64,000 nucleotides of DNA, from contig CAYQYZ010000002.1 of assembly GCA_964422025.1 (NCBI GenBank), forward strand, positions 67,765 through 131,764, in the 5' to 3' direction. Below, one piece after another: positions 7,928 through 16,302 of this stretch (the first letter of the stretch is position 1; each line of letters begins with the position of its first letter). This DNA is from an uncultured Gammaproteobacteria bacterium. GTDB lineage: Bacteria > Patescibacteriota > Microgenomatia > UBA1406 > HO2-37-13b. A model generated the notes under the pieces. The model worked only from the letters and a program-made list of their open reading frames with translations. It was not told where the DNA came from and made no database searches. The translations under genes were made by a program, and so were the position numbers.

Positions 7928-7952
7928 GATCCCGAAACAAGTTCGGGATGAC
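7928..7952 (+). repeat. Family A repeat (GATCCCGAAACAAGTTCGGGATGAC)
   Basis: Identical 25-mer at 47935-47959. The arms atcccgaa and ttcgggat form a hairpin. Confidence 0.9.
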
Positions 7953-7976
7953 AGGCCAATATAGTACAATAGTCAC

Positions 7977-8615
7977 ATGAACATATATCCTTCAATTCTT
8001 GAGCATGCTTTGGAAGATTTTGTGGCACAAATTGAAAACGTAGCTCCACATTTTTCTCATTTCCAGCTCGACATCGCCGATGGCTTATTTGTGCCGAGTA
8101 AAACGGTACAACCACATGATCTTGAGAGTGTAGATTTCAGTAATTTACAAGGTAAAACTGTCGAATTTCACTTAATGGTGCGCGATTATGCCTCGTACAT
8201 AGAGCAAATTGAAAGGCTCGACTCCAAACTAGCCATAAATCGCGTATTTATTCCCGTAAGTGAAAGCGGGAAAAACATTGTTTCGCATCCTAAATATGAG
8301 ATTGGACTTGTGTTGAATCCGGAAGATTCAATTGCAGAGTATCTCGATCTTATCATGCAGTATAAAAGTGTTCAACTTATGACTATCACTCCCGGCGCAC
8401 AGGGAAATCCATTCAAGCCTGAGGTGCTTAATAAGATTGATGAGCTGCGTGTGGGAGGATATACTGGGGAAATCGTGCTTGATGGTGGGATAAACGATGT
8501 AACGTTAAAAGAGGTTGTTTCTCGAAAATATGCGCCTACGGGTGTGTGTCCGGGGAGCTATTTTAAGGAGAATGTAGAAGAACATCTCGCGACGCTCCAA
8601 TCAATCGCTGCATAA
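7977..8615 (+). CDS. rpe: Ribulose-phosphate 3-epimerase (divergent)
   Basis: 212 aa. PSIL.., QLDIADGLFVP, HLMV, MTITPGAQG and LDGGIN blocks follow the Rpe TIM-barrel pattern. Confidence 0.75.
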   Translation: MNIYPSILEHALEDFVAQIENVAPHFSHFQLDIADGLFVPSKTVQPHDLESVDFSNLQGKTVEFHLMVRDYASYIEQIERLDSKLAINRVFIPVSESGKNIVSHPKYEIGLVLNPEDSIAEYLDLIMQYKSVQLMTITPGAQGNPFKPEVLNKIDELRVGGYTGEIVLDGGINDVTLKEVVSRKYAPTGVCPGSYFKENVEEHLATLQSIAA

Positions 8616-8621
8616 CACCGA

Positions 8622-8654
8622 GATCCTTCGGTCGCTTCGCTCTCTCAGGATGAC
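8622..8654 (+). repeat. Family B repeat
   Basis: gatccttcggtcgcttcgctctctcaggatgac. Confidence 0.8.
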
Positions 8655-8655
8655 T

Positions 8656-10350
8656 TTAACGTCCTAAAAAATCTGAAAGTGTAAACTTTCCATCGCCATT
8701 GAAATCAATTGGTACAAATGCTGGGAATTGGATTTTATCGTCTTTACCCGTAAATAGGTACGAAGCGACTTGCACTGGCAAATATGCTTTTGCTTCTCCT
8801 AACAAAACAATCCGGTAGGCTTCATCAAGCGCAATGCCCGAAACTGCAGGAATGGTAGCTTTCCCATTAACTAATACAATGTCAGAATTTCTAAACACTA
8901 ACTTTTCATCGCGGGCTCTAAAAATCTGTAGTTCATACCCTTCCCCACTTGCTTTAGCAAGCGGAAAAACGCGAGCTTCAATTTCTAATTTAGGTGGCGC
9001 AACAACGGTTAAATTCCAGGCAAAAAGTTCATTTACACATTCGGCGCCTTTAAATAGGCACACTTTCAAGTTATGCGTTTTCAAGTCCGCTCCCGAATTA
9101 AATGTAAGTGTAGTAATAAATGAATTTCCGGGTTTTACATTATGAAAATCGGTGAATGAACCTGAAATTGCGTTATTAGTAAATCCGATTCGGTACCCGT
9201 CATTTTTTGACCACGTTGCCGTACTTTTGGAAGGGTTGTTTTTAATCCAAATTTGATACTCATATTTTGAATTTGCAATGACCGTTTGTGGAATCGTTAC
9301 TAAAATAGATGCGCTGTATTTTTGAGCCGGATCTCCATTGGTTTTTTGCAGGTCATTTTTAATAAAACAGTAGATTTCCCGGAAACCTCCGCATGTTGAA
9401 TTTTGTTCAACAATACCATGAATTTCGGCTGTTGCAGCACGATACGCAAAATCGGTGTTTGGAGGGCTTCCGTTCAAATCATAGAGTGTTACAGCCCTTA
9501 CCGAGTCATCTTTGGCCCACACCTCTTCGAACGCATTTTTGTAGTAATCTTTCAAAATTGCAGGTGAAAGTGCATTATTCTTCCACCCCGCTTCGGTAAT
9601 AAAAACAGGTAATTTTCGTCCACAATGTTTTTCATAAATCGCTTGTTCAACTTGGTATCCGGCAATACTTCCCAACCCTCGCGCATTAGGTGAACCAATA
9701 AAGTCCGGAGGATACGAGTGCGAAGCAATGCCATCAATAATATTACATAGTGGGGATTGGTTCCCCAGAACTTCATCTAAAAACCGCTGGGCAGAGTTAA
9801 AGTATGGCGGATTGTGTGGAGCCGTTTGATTTAACCCAGCAAGTAAAACTTGCACATCGGGATTTTTATTTTTAATAGCATTAGCATAAAAAAGTGCAAT
9901 ATCAGCATAACTTTTTGGATTCACTGCCCCACCCCATTCGGTTGCCATGTTTACTTCGTTAAATAGGGTGACGTAAATATTTTTCGTCGAACAATTTACC
10001 GAACCCAATACATCGGCCCAGGCAAATGCATCTCGTTTTTTGGGGAGCGCCCATGAATTACCTTCGGCGTGGCTGGCAAGTCGGAAAATTGGAATTAATT
10101 TATTATCGCGAAAATGATCGCACATGTGTTGGAGTGATTTTTTATCGCGATCTTTTTCTTGCAACACGACTGTCATGTAGCCCCACGATCCATTTGTATT
10201 TACCAATGCTGCGCCGTCTTTAATATCTTGTTCTGAAGGAGTTGCTACATGAATACCGTATTTATTATTGGCACCCGTTATAGCATGGGTCGATTGGGCG
10301 CTGAGGGCGAATACTGCGCACAAAATGAGTGAAAAAAGAACTCGTTTCAT
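8656..10350 (-). CDS. Secreted glycoside hydrolase, clan GH-A-like TIM barrel, with C-terminal beta-rich domains and a dockerin/EF-hand-like tail
   Basis: Signal peptide MKRVLFSLILCAVFALSAQSTHA (start set at ATG 10350). LFNEVN (acid/base NE) and FITEAGW (nucleophile E) motifs. Ends in DFNGDGKFTLSD. Confidence 0.6.
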   Translation of the reverse strand: MKRVLFSLILCAVFALSAQSTHAITGANNKYGIHVATPSEQDIKDGAALVNTNGSWGYMTVVLQEKDRDKKSLQHMCDHFRDNKLIPIFRLASHAEGNSWALPKKRDAFAWADVLGSVNCSTKNIYVTLFNEVNMATEWGGAVNPKSYADIALFYANAIKNKNPDVQVLLAGLNQTAPHNPPYFNSAQRFLDEVLGNQSPLCNIIDGIASHSYPPDFIGSPNARGLGSIAGYQVEQAIYEKHCGRKLPVFITEAGWKNNALSPAILKDYYKNAFEEVWAKDDSVRAVTLYDLNGSPPNTDFAYRAATAEIHGIVEQNSTCGGFREIYCFIKNDLQKTNGDPAQKYSASILVTIPQTVIANSKYEYQIWIKNNPSKSTATWSKNDGYRIGFTNNAISGSFTDFHNVKPGNSFITTLTFNSGADLKTHNLKVCLFKGAECVNELFAWNLTVVAPPKLEIEARVFPLAKASGEGYELQIFRARDEKLVFRNSDIVLVNGKATIPAVSGIALDEAYRIVLLGEAKAYLPVQVASYLFTGKDDKIQFPAFVPIDFNGDGKFTLSDFLGR

Positions 10351-10399
10351 AGTTACATTATACCTGATCGCACATGCGAGGCTGCTATAATAGAAGTTC

Positions 10400-12007
10400 A
10401 TGATTAAACTTCCCCTTCCCTACATTCGAATCGAAGAAAAAGACATTAATTTTAGAAGAAAAGGCGTTCCGGAAGCCGGGCGAAGAATTTATTTTCTCCC
10501 ATTTGTTCTCACTGTCATTGCACTCCTCCTGCTCGGGAGACTTTTTCAGTTAACCATCGTTCGTGGAACATATTATAAAGGGGTTGCAGAAAATAATCGC
10601 ATTCGAGAGTTGTCTATTAAGGGCGATCGAGCCGACATAGTAGACCGAATGGGCCTGGTGGTGGCTTCTTCTAAAAACGGCACCCGATCGTACGTGAACG
10701 GCGACGCAAATGCCCATTATATTGGATACATTCAATCGGCTGATAAAACGGATTTAGATCAAGACGCATGCAAACACAAATTGCGCGGAGCCGATGTAAT
10801 TGGAAAAAAAGGAATCGAAAAAGTGTATGAATGTTTGCTACGACCCATTAATGGAAAACGTTTAGTAGAGGTTAATTCGCGTGAAAAACAGATTAAAACG
10901 CTCAGCCTGATTCCCCCAGTAAAGCAACCCGATTTGCGCGTGGCACTCGACTCATACTTACAGCAAAAGGCGTATGAAATCGCGCTTGCCAGTAAAGACG
11001 CTGCTGGAAAAAAGGTATCGATTATCGCAACAAAGCCAAGTACGGGTGAAATTGTACTCATGTTGTCAATTCCCACATTCTCGCCCGATGCATTTATTAC
11101 CCAGGACAATCAAAAAATAAAAGAATATTTGAAAGATAAGAACTATCCGCTATTTAACCGAGTGTTACAAGCCGCCTATCCACCCGGATCAGTTTTTAAA
11201 ACTACTGTTGCAGCCGGGGCCTTGGAAGAGAAAAAGATTGATGAAAAATATATTGTAAATGATGAAGGATCTATTAAGGCCGGGTCGTTAAGTTTCGGAA
11301 ACTGGTATTTTTTACAGTACGGAAAAACCGAAGGACCGGTGGATGTTGTAAAAGCGTTGAAACGTTCAAATGACATATTTTTCTACCGAATTGGTGCCCT
11401 TTTAGGTGACCAGGCCATGAAAAAATGGGCAGAACGGTTTGGATACGGGCAAAAATCGGGCATTTTAATGAGCGAAGAAGTTACGGGAAGCATTCCATCC
11501 GCATTTTGGAAGAAAGAAGTACTAAATGAAAACTGGTATTTAGGAGACACGTACAACATGTCGATTGGCCAGGGATACACACAGGTTACACCGCTTCAGG
11601 TAAATATGGCCAATGCTGTTTTTGCAAATGGCGGGAGCCTGTGTAAGCCGAAATTGCTGTATGAAGAAAAGCCGGAATGCACCTCACTAGGGTTGCAGAG
11701 TAAGACGATTGAACTGGTTCGAGAAGGAATGAAACAGGCCTGTGCTACAGGTGGAACCGGATGGCCTTTTTTTGAATTTGGAATAAAACGCAATGGAACA
11801 ATTGAGAAAATTCCAATTGGATGCAAAACCGGAACGGCCGAGTCCCACGCACTTTCAGGGCTTCCTCATGCGTGGATCAGCGCATTCGGACCCTATGAAA
11901 AACCAGAAATTATTGTAACTGTTATGGTTGAAGAATCCGGAGAAGGATCGACAGTTGCGGGACCAATTGCAAGGGATATTATGAAGGCATATTTTGAGAG
12001 GAATTAA
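10400..12007 (+). CDS. Penicillin-binding protein 2 / class B transpeptidase
   Basis: 535 aa. N-terminal TM segment. SVFK (SxxK), SND and KTGTAE motifs. Confidence 0.85.
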   Translation: MIKLPLPYIRIEEKDINFRRKGVPEAGRRIYFLPFVLTVIALLLLGRLFQLTIVRGTYYKGVAENNRIRELSIKGDRADIVDRMGLVVASSKNGTRSYVNGDANAHYIGYIQSADKTDLDQDACKHKLRGADVIGKKGIEKVYECLLRPINGKRLVEVNSREKQIKTLSLIPPVKQPDLRVALDSYLQQKAYEIALASKDAAGKKVSIIATKPSTGEIVLMLSIPTFSPDAFITQDNQKIKEYLKDKNYPLFNRVLQAAYPPGSVFKTTVAAGALEEKKIDEKYIVNDEGSIKAGSLSFGNWYFLQYGKTEGPVDVVKALKRSNDIFFYRIGALLGDQAMKKWAERFGYGQKSGILMSEEVTGSIPSAFWKKEVLNENWYLGDTYNMSIGQGYTQVTPLQVNMANAVFANGGSLCKPKLLYEEKPECTSLGLQSKTIELVREGMKQACATGGTGWPFFEFGIKRNGTIEKIPIGCKTGTAESHALSGLPHAWISAFGPYEKPEIIVTVMVEESGEGSTVAGPIARDIMKAYFERN

Positions 12008-12010
12008 CCA

Positions 12011-12054
12011 TCATCCTGAGCCGATTTGTCATTCTGAGCCGAAGGCGAAGAATC
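12011..12054 (-). repeat. Family B repeat (reverse), 1.5 copies
   Basis: tcatcctgagccga plus gtcattctgagccgaaggcgaagaatc. Confidence 0.8.
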
Positions 12055-12074
12055 TCCGCATACTCCGCTCGATA

Positions 12075-12143
12075 CAACCTGGTAGGTTGAATACGCACGT
12101 ACAACCTCGAAGGTTGTCTAGGCACGTTCCACCTCGGAGGTTG
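12075..12143. repeat. Family D repeat cluster (three AACCTnnAGGTT-type hairpins)
   Basis: caacctggtaggttg, caacctcgaaggttg and ccacctcggaggttg, separated by acgcacgt/ctaggcacgtt spacers. Confidence 0.8.
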
Positions 12144-12188
12144 ACAAAGCTGGCAAAACAGATATCTCGCACCGTATGAAAGGATTCA

Positions 12189-13628
12189 TCAGCCTACCAC
12201 CCTCTGGAAGTACGAAGATTCTATAGAAATTTCACTTCCACTAAATTGCTTCTGCATTTTTTCTGCAGTTTCAGGCATAAAAGGTTGTAGCAAATAGGCA
12301 ATCTCACGCAGTCCGGTAACGACTGGCACTAGGGTCTCCTGGAGCTTGGACTGGTCAGCAATTTTCCACGGTTCGTTTTCGTTAATATATTTATCTAATC
12401 CTCGGATTCGAGTCCACAAGAGCGCGATTGCTTCGTTTAATCGAAATTCACGTAATGCATTTTCAAACTCTGCACCCTCTTTTATGTCGGTTAGTGAAAG
12501 AACTGCGCCTTTTTCAAACGTCAGTCCGCTTGCCATTTTTGCTGTTCGGGAAATCAAATTCCCCAGCCCGTTTGCCAAATCGGAATTATACACTTCTATG
12601 AATCGTTTTTCTGAAAAATCTCCGTCGGCCGTTGTTGGAATTTCTGACAAAAAGTAGTAGCGAACCGCGTCGACCCCATACTTCTCTACTAATTGAAACG
12701 GGTCAACTACATTCCCTAATGTTTTGCTCATTTTTTGCCCATTAACCGTGAAATACCCATGGATAAGCACGCTCTTGGGGAGCGCCAGTCCTGCGGATAG
12801 TAAAAATGCAGGCCAATAAATAGTGTGGAACCGAGAAATCCCCTTACCAATTACATGATTCGCTGGCCACCATTTTTTATATTGCTCGTCATCGTGTCCA
12901 AACCCAACGCCGGACTGATATATATTGAGTGCGTCAAACCATACATACATTCTTTGCGTATCATCGCCCGGAACCGGAACTCCCCAGTTTTTTGCACGGG
13001 CATTAGATCTGGAAATACTAATATCTTGGAGTGGTTGTCGCAGAAATCCAAGCATTTCATTTTTGCGCGTTTCAGGAATTATTTTAATCGCGTCATTGGA
13101 AATTAATTCATTAAGTTGTTCCTGATATTTTGAAAGTTTGAAGAAGTAATTTTCTTCAGAAATTTCTTCGAGTGGTTTGCCTGGATGCTCAAAACATTCC
13201 CCCTGATCGTTAAGTTCTTCGGAGGTATAAAACGCCTCGCAGCCAACACAATATAAACCGGTGTAGCTTTTTTTATAAATATCTCCGTTTTGTGCACACA
13301 GTTCCCAGAGTTTTTGAGAAGAAGAAACGTGAGATGGTGCGGTTCCCTTTTGAAAGACGTCGATGTGAACATTAAGAACGGTTGCGAGTTTTTTAAATTC
13401 CTCCGCATGTAAATCGACAAATTCCTGCACCGGCATTCCCGCCTTTTCCGCAGCTTGAACATTTTTGAGGGCATTTTCATCGGCCCCGGAAAGTAAACAG
13501 GTTTCTTCGTTAAGGAGATTTTTATGAAAACGTACAACAGCGTCGGATTGCACAAATTCTAGTGCATGACCAATATGTGGGGCTGCATTTACATATGGAA
13601 TTGCGGTGGTTAAATAAAACGTTTTCAT
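12189..13628 (-). CDS. metG: Methionyl-tRNA synthetase (short form)
   Basis: PYVNAAPHIGH (HIGH) and KMSKTLGN (KMSKS) motifs. Start set at ATG 13628 (MKTFYLTT), which is preceded by TATAAT plus 6 nt. Confidence 0.9.
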   Translation of the reverse strand: MKTFYLTTAIPYVNAAPHIGHALEFVQSDAVVRFHKNLLNEETCLLSGADENALKNVQAAEKAGMPVQEFVDLHAEEFKKLATVLNVHIDVFQKGTAPSHVSSSQKLWELCAQNGDIYKKSYTGLYCVGCEAFYTSEELNDQGECFEHPGKPLEEISEENYFFKLSKYQEQLNELISNDAIKIIPETRKNEMLGFLRQPLQDISISRSNARAKNWGVPVPGDDTQRMYVWFDALNIYQSGVGFGHDDEQYKKWWPANHVIGKGISRFHTIYWPAFLLSAGLALPKSVLIHGYFTVNGQKMSKTLGNVVDPFQLVEKYGVDAVRYYFLSEIPTTADGDFSEKRFIEVYNSDLANGLGNLISRTAKMASGLTFEKGAVLSLTDIKEGAEFENALREFRLNEAIALLWTRIRGLDKYINENEPWKIADQSKLQETLVPVVTGLREIAYLLQPFMPETAEKMQKQFSGSEISIESSYFQRVVG

Positions 13629-13634
13629 GAAGCA

Positions 13635-13640
13635 ATTATA
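13635..13640 (-). promoter_or_regulatory. -10 box TATAAT, 6 nt before the metG ATG
   Basis: The minus strand reads GTATAATTGCTTCATG. Confidence 0.4.
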
Positions 13641-13650
13641 CATTATATTA

Positions 13651-13733
13651 ACAACCTAAGAGGTTAACTGTGCCTGTTCAACCTTCGAGGTTGGTAGTGT
13701 CTGTTCTCCGCCAGCTGGCGGACTGGAAGGTTG
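13651..13733. repeat. Family D repeat cluster with an embedded TCCGCCAGCTGGCGGA hairpin
   Basis: acaacctaagaggttaactgtgcctgttcaaccttcgaggttgg..ctccgccagctggcggactggaaggttg. The 5' half is nearly identical to 58482-58525. Confidence 0.85.
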
Positions 13734-13792
13734 TAAAAGTAATTTGCTAAATTTAATAAGAATTTAATAATTGGGGTGTATTATGCCTACAA

Positions 13793-14881
13793 ATGGACAA
13801 GCAAACCCCCTATTATTTCGCATTTTCGATGTTTTATGGCATAGGCCCCATGCATTTTACCGCATTAATTGAAGAATTTGGAAATGCAAAAGACGCTTTT
13901 TACGCCAAAGAAAATACGTTAGTTCCGATTTTGGGGCAAGATTTGACGAAAAAACTCCGGACGTTTCGGTCCTCGTTTAATCCTATAGCAGAGCATGCTA
14001 CCCTGTTAAAACAATCTATACAATATATACATCGTGACTCTCCCCAGTATTCTAGCAAACTTCGCAGTATTTCCGACCCACCCATCGGATTATTCGTTGT
14101 TGGCAACGCAAATTTACTAAATTCTCAAAACAAATCTATCGCCATCGTTGGCACCCGTCAACCAAGTAGTTACGGCGAGGAAATTGCAAAAACATTTGCA
14201 CGCGACCTGGCCCTATCAGGCTGCACGATCATCTCAGGCCTGGCTATTGGTATTGATAGCTTCGCTCATCGGGGAGCGCTTGAGGCTCAAGGAGATACGA
14301 TCGCAGTTCTCGGTTGCGGCGTAGATAATATCCCCTCATCTCGCGCTAAACTGTATAAAGAAATCATTTCATCCGGTGGTACTATTGTTTCAGAATTTCC
14401 CCCGGGCACGTATGTACAAAAAGGATTTTTTGTAAGTAGAAACCGAATCGTTTCAGGGCTCAGTAATGGAGTATTAGTTATTGAAGGCACTGATAGATCG
14501 GGGACGCTTATTACCGCCAAATATGCCGCTGATCAGGGAAAAGATGTATTTGCCCCACCGGTTCCCATTACATCCCATTTATCGCAGGCTCCAAATATTC
14601 TTCTTAAAAATGGGGCAAAATTTGTAACTACTGCTCAGGATATTTTAGATGAATATAAATTACATGCACGCACAAAAGACTCTCAAAATATACTCCTAAA
14701 CCGCTCGGAAAATGAACAAATTATTCTCTCCGCCCTGCTTACCGAACCCGGCTCGCCCGATGAACTTTCCCGAAAAACAGAATTATCTATTGTTGCCATA
14801 CTTACAATTATATCTATGCTAGAAATTGAAGGAATCGTGAAAAAGAATCAGAATGGGATGTATTCGATATGCCAGCCTTGA
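13793..14881 (+). CDS. dprA: DNA processing protein DprA/Smf
   Basis: 362 aa. GTRQPSSYG, GLAIGIDSFAHRGAL and GTLITAKYAADQGKDVFA blocks. Confidence 0.85.
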   Translation: MDKQTPYYFAFSMFYGIGPMHFTALIEEFGNAKDAFYAKENTLVPILGQDLTKKLRTFRSSFNPIAEHATLLKQSIQYIHRDSPQYSSKLRSISDPPIGLFVVGNANLLNSQNKSIAIVGTRQPSSYGEEIAKTFARDLALSGCTIISGLAIGIDSFAHRGALEAQGDTIAVLGCGVDNIPSSRAKLYKEIISSGGTIVSEFPPGTYVQKGFFVSRNRIVSGLSNGVLVIEGTDRSGTLITAKYAADQGKDVFAPPVPITSHLSQAPNILLKNGAKFVTTAQDILDEYKLHARTKDSQNILLNRSENEQIILSALLTEPGSPDELSRKTELSIVAILTIISMLEIEGIVKKNQNGMYSICQP

Positions 14882-14906
14882 CAACTCCGCACATTTTTGC
14901 AACAAT
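14878..14906 (+). promoter_or_regulatory. Sigma70-like promoter TTGACA-17-AACAAT, 6 nt before ATG 14913
   Basis: ttgacaactccgcacatttttgcaacaat. A near-duplicate promoter lies at 19088-19116. Confidence 0.5.
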
Positions 14907-14912
14907 GAGTAC

Positions 14913-15422
14913 ATGTCTGAAACTTTCACTCCATTACAGTCGCCGTACGTTTCACATTCACAGAGTTCGCTCTCGAAAAAGCAAGTCATTGGCGCCGTTA
15001 CTACATTAGGGCTTTTGGTTGCCATGGGCGGAGGAATGCTTTTTGTTAACCGTAGTCAAACAAGCTCAACGAAAGCGTATTCGACTAACGAATGTATAGC
15101 TGCGGGCGGATATAAATGGCCCGGCTCATGCCCAGCAGATACTACTCATGTTGGAGATCTAAACGACAGTGGTCAGCTGTCAGGCTCGGATACCGGTGGG
15201 ACTTATGTTTGTTGTGTTGCAAGTGGTAGTCAAAGAGTACAGACTTCAACACAGACTACCCAAACAACACAAACAACCACTCAAAACACGCCACAAACAA
15301 ATACTCCTGGCACAGGGGATGGGGATCAGGTCCCTCCTCCTGACGTTGTTCCACCAAATTCGTGTAAAGTTCCCGACGCACAATTAACTATCGAGTGCCC
15401 TGACCCGGGTTGTAGAAAATAA
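14913..15422 (+). CDS. Membrane-anchored Cys-rich surface protein (cassette 1, gene A)
   Basis: N-terminal TM segment (VIGAVTTLGLLVAMGGGMLFV), a TQ-rich linker and a C-terminal SCKVP..IECPDPGC motif shared with the 19126 ORF. Confidence 0.6.
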   Translation: MSETFTPLQSPYVSHSQSSLSKKQVIGAVTTLGLLVAMGGGMLFVNRSQTSSTKAYSTNECIAAGGYKWPGSCPADTTHVGDLNDSGQLSGSDTGGTYVCCVASGSQRVQTSTQTTQTTQTTTQNTPQTNTPGTGDGDQVPPPDVVPPNSCKVPDAQLTIECPDPGCRK

Positions 15423-15426
15423 TACA

Positions 15427-16287
15427 ATGGATACCAAACAAAAAAAACAATTAATTACCATTTCTCTTGCTGGAGCGGTGCTTTTGGCCGGCTTGGTGGC
15501 TGGATTTTTAGTGGTTCAAAACGGAGTATTTATCCAAAACAGGGCTTCAACAGGCGCTATATCATGTCGTCCACCGCAAGGAATATGCCGAGCTATAAAA
15601 TCGAGTGGCGCTGGGTACTTTAGCTATACCATTGTTATAAAAGTCGTCGAAAACGGAGCGGAGCAAGAGTTTAAAAGATCCGGTCCAAATGCAGATGAAA
15701 TTTCATTTGATGCAGTTCCATTTAAACGATATATCTGTGAAATAGTAGCAGACGGAAATGCATGTAAGTCAACAGATGCAAAAGATGCTCCTGTGTGTAT
15801 AGCGCCTGATTCTGGTGTACCAACTGAAACTCTCAAAATGCCAACAGTGCCTCCGGTCGCTCCTAAGCCAAGTGATACGCCAACTCCAACTGATCCTGCA
15901 CGAGTAAATATTCCGAGTACAACACCTACGAGTGTAATTGTTACAACCGTGCTCTCCCCGACGCCAACGTCCAAAACTCCAACGCCTACTACAAAAACTG
16001 CGACTAACACTCCAATTCCGCCAACATCAGGCACAGGTGGATCGGGAATTACTCCAACCGGATTACCAACAAGTGTCCCTACCAACGCCCCAACCGCAAC
16101 CGCTGCTGCCCAAGCCACCAAAGCCGCTGCAACAGCCACGCAAGCAGCTGCTCAAACAGCAACGGCAAATCCATCAGCAACCAAAACAGCCTCAACAACA
16201 TCGCTTCCAGCCAGTGGGAATGTTCATCCGGCACTGATTTTTGGAATGCTCAGCGTGTTTATTATTGTATTAGGTCTGCTTTTTTAA
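15427..16287 (+). CDS. Surface protein with a Cys-bridged domain, Pro/Thr/Ala linker and C-terminal LPASG+TM sorting-like signal (cassette 1, gene B)
   Basis: 286 aa. N-terminal TM segment, an SCRPPQGIC..YICE..C..C domain, and ends ..SLPASGNVHPALIFGMLSVFIIVLGLLF. Confidence 0.7.
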   Translation: MDTKQKKQLITISLAGAVLLAGLVAGFLVVQNGVFIQNRASTGAISCRPPQGICRAIKSSGAGYFSYTIVIKVVENGAEQEFKRSGPNADEISFDAVPFKRYICEIVADGNACKSTDAKDAPVCIAPDSGVPTETLKMPTVPPVAPKPSDTPTPTDPARVNIPSTTPTSVIVTTVLSPTPTSKTPTPTTKTATNTPIPPTSGTGGSGITPTGLPTSVPTNAPTATAAAQATKAAATATQAAAQTATANPSATKTASTTSLPASGNVHPALIFGMLSVFIIVLGLLF

Positions 16288-16302
16288 GTGTTTTAGCGCT
16301 TC

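Noticed and set aside
15624-16139. Antisense ORFs opposite the Pro/Thr- or Gly/Ser-rich coding regions (15624-16139, 19958-20437, 21815-22135, 48020-48571)
   Set aside because: They are mirror-image low-complexity translations (GV/PD-rich) of the sense-strand linkers, a typical artefact of biased repeats. The sense ORFs have signal peptides, TM segments and domains.
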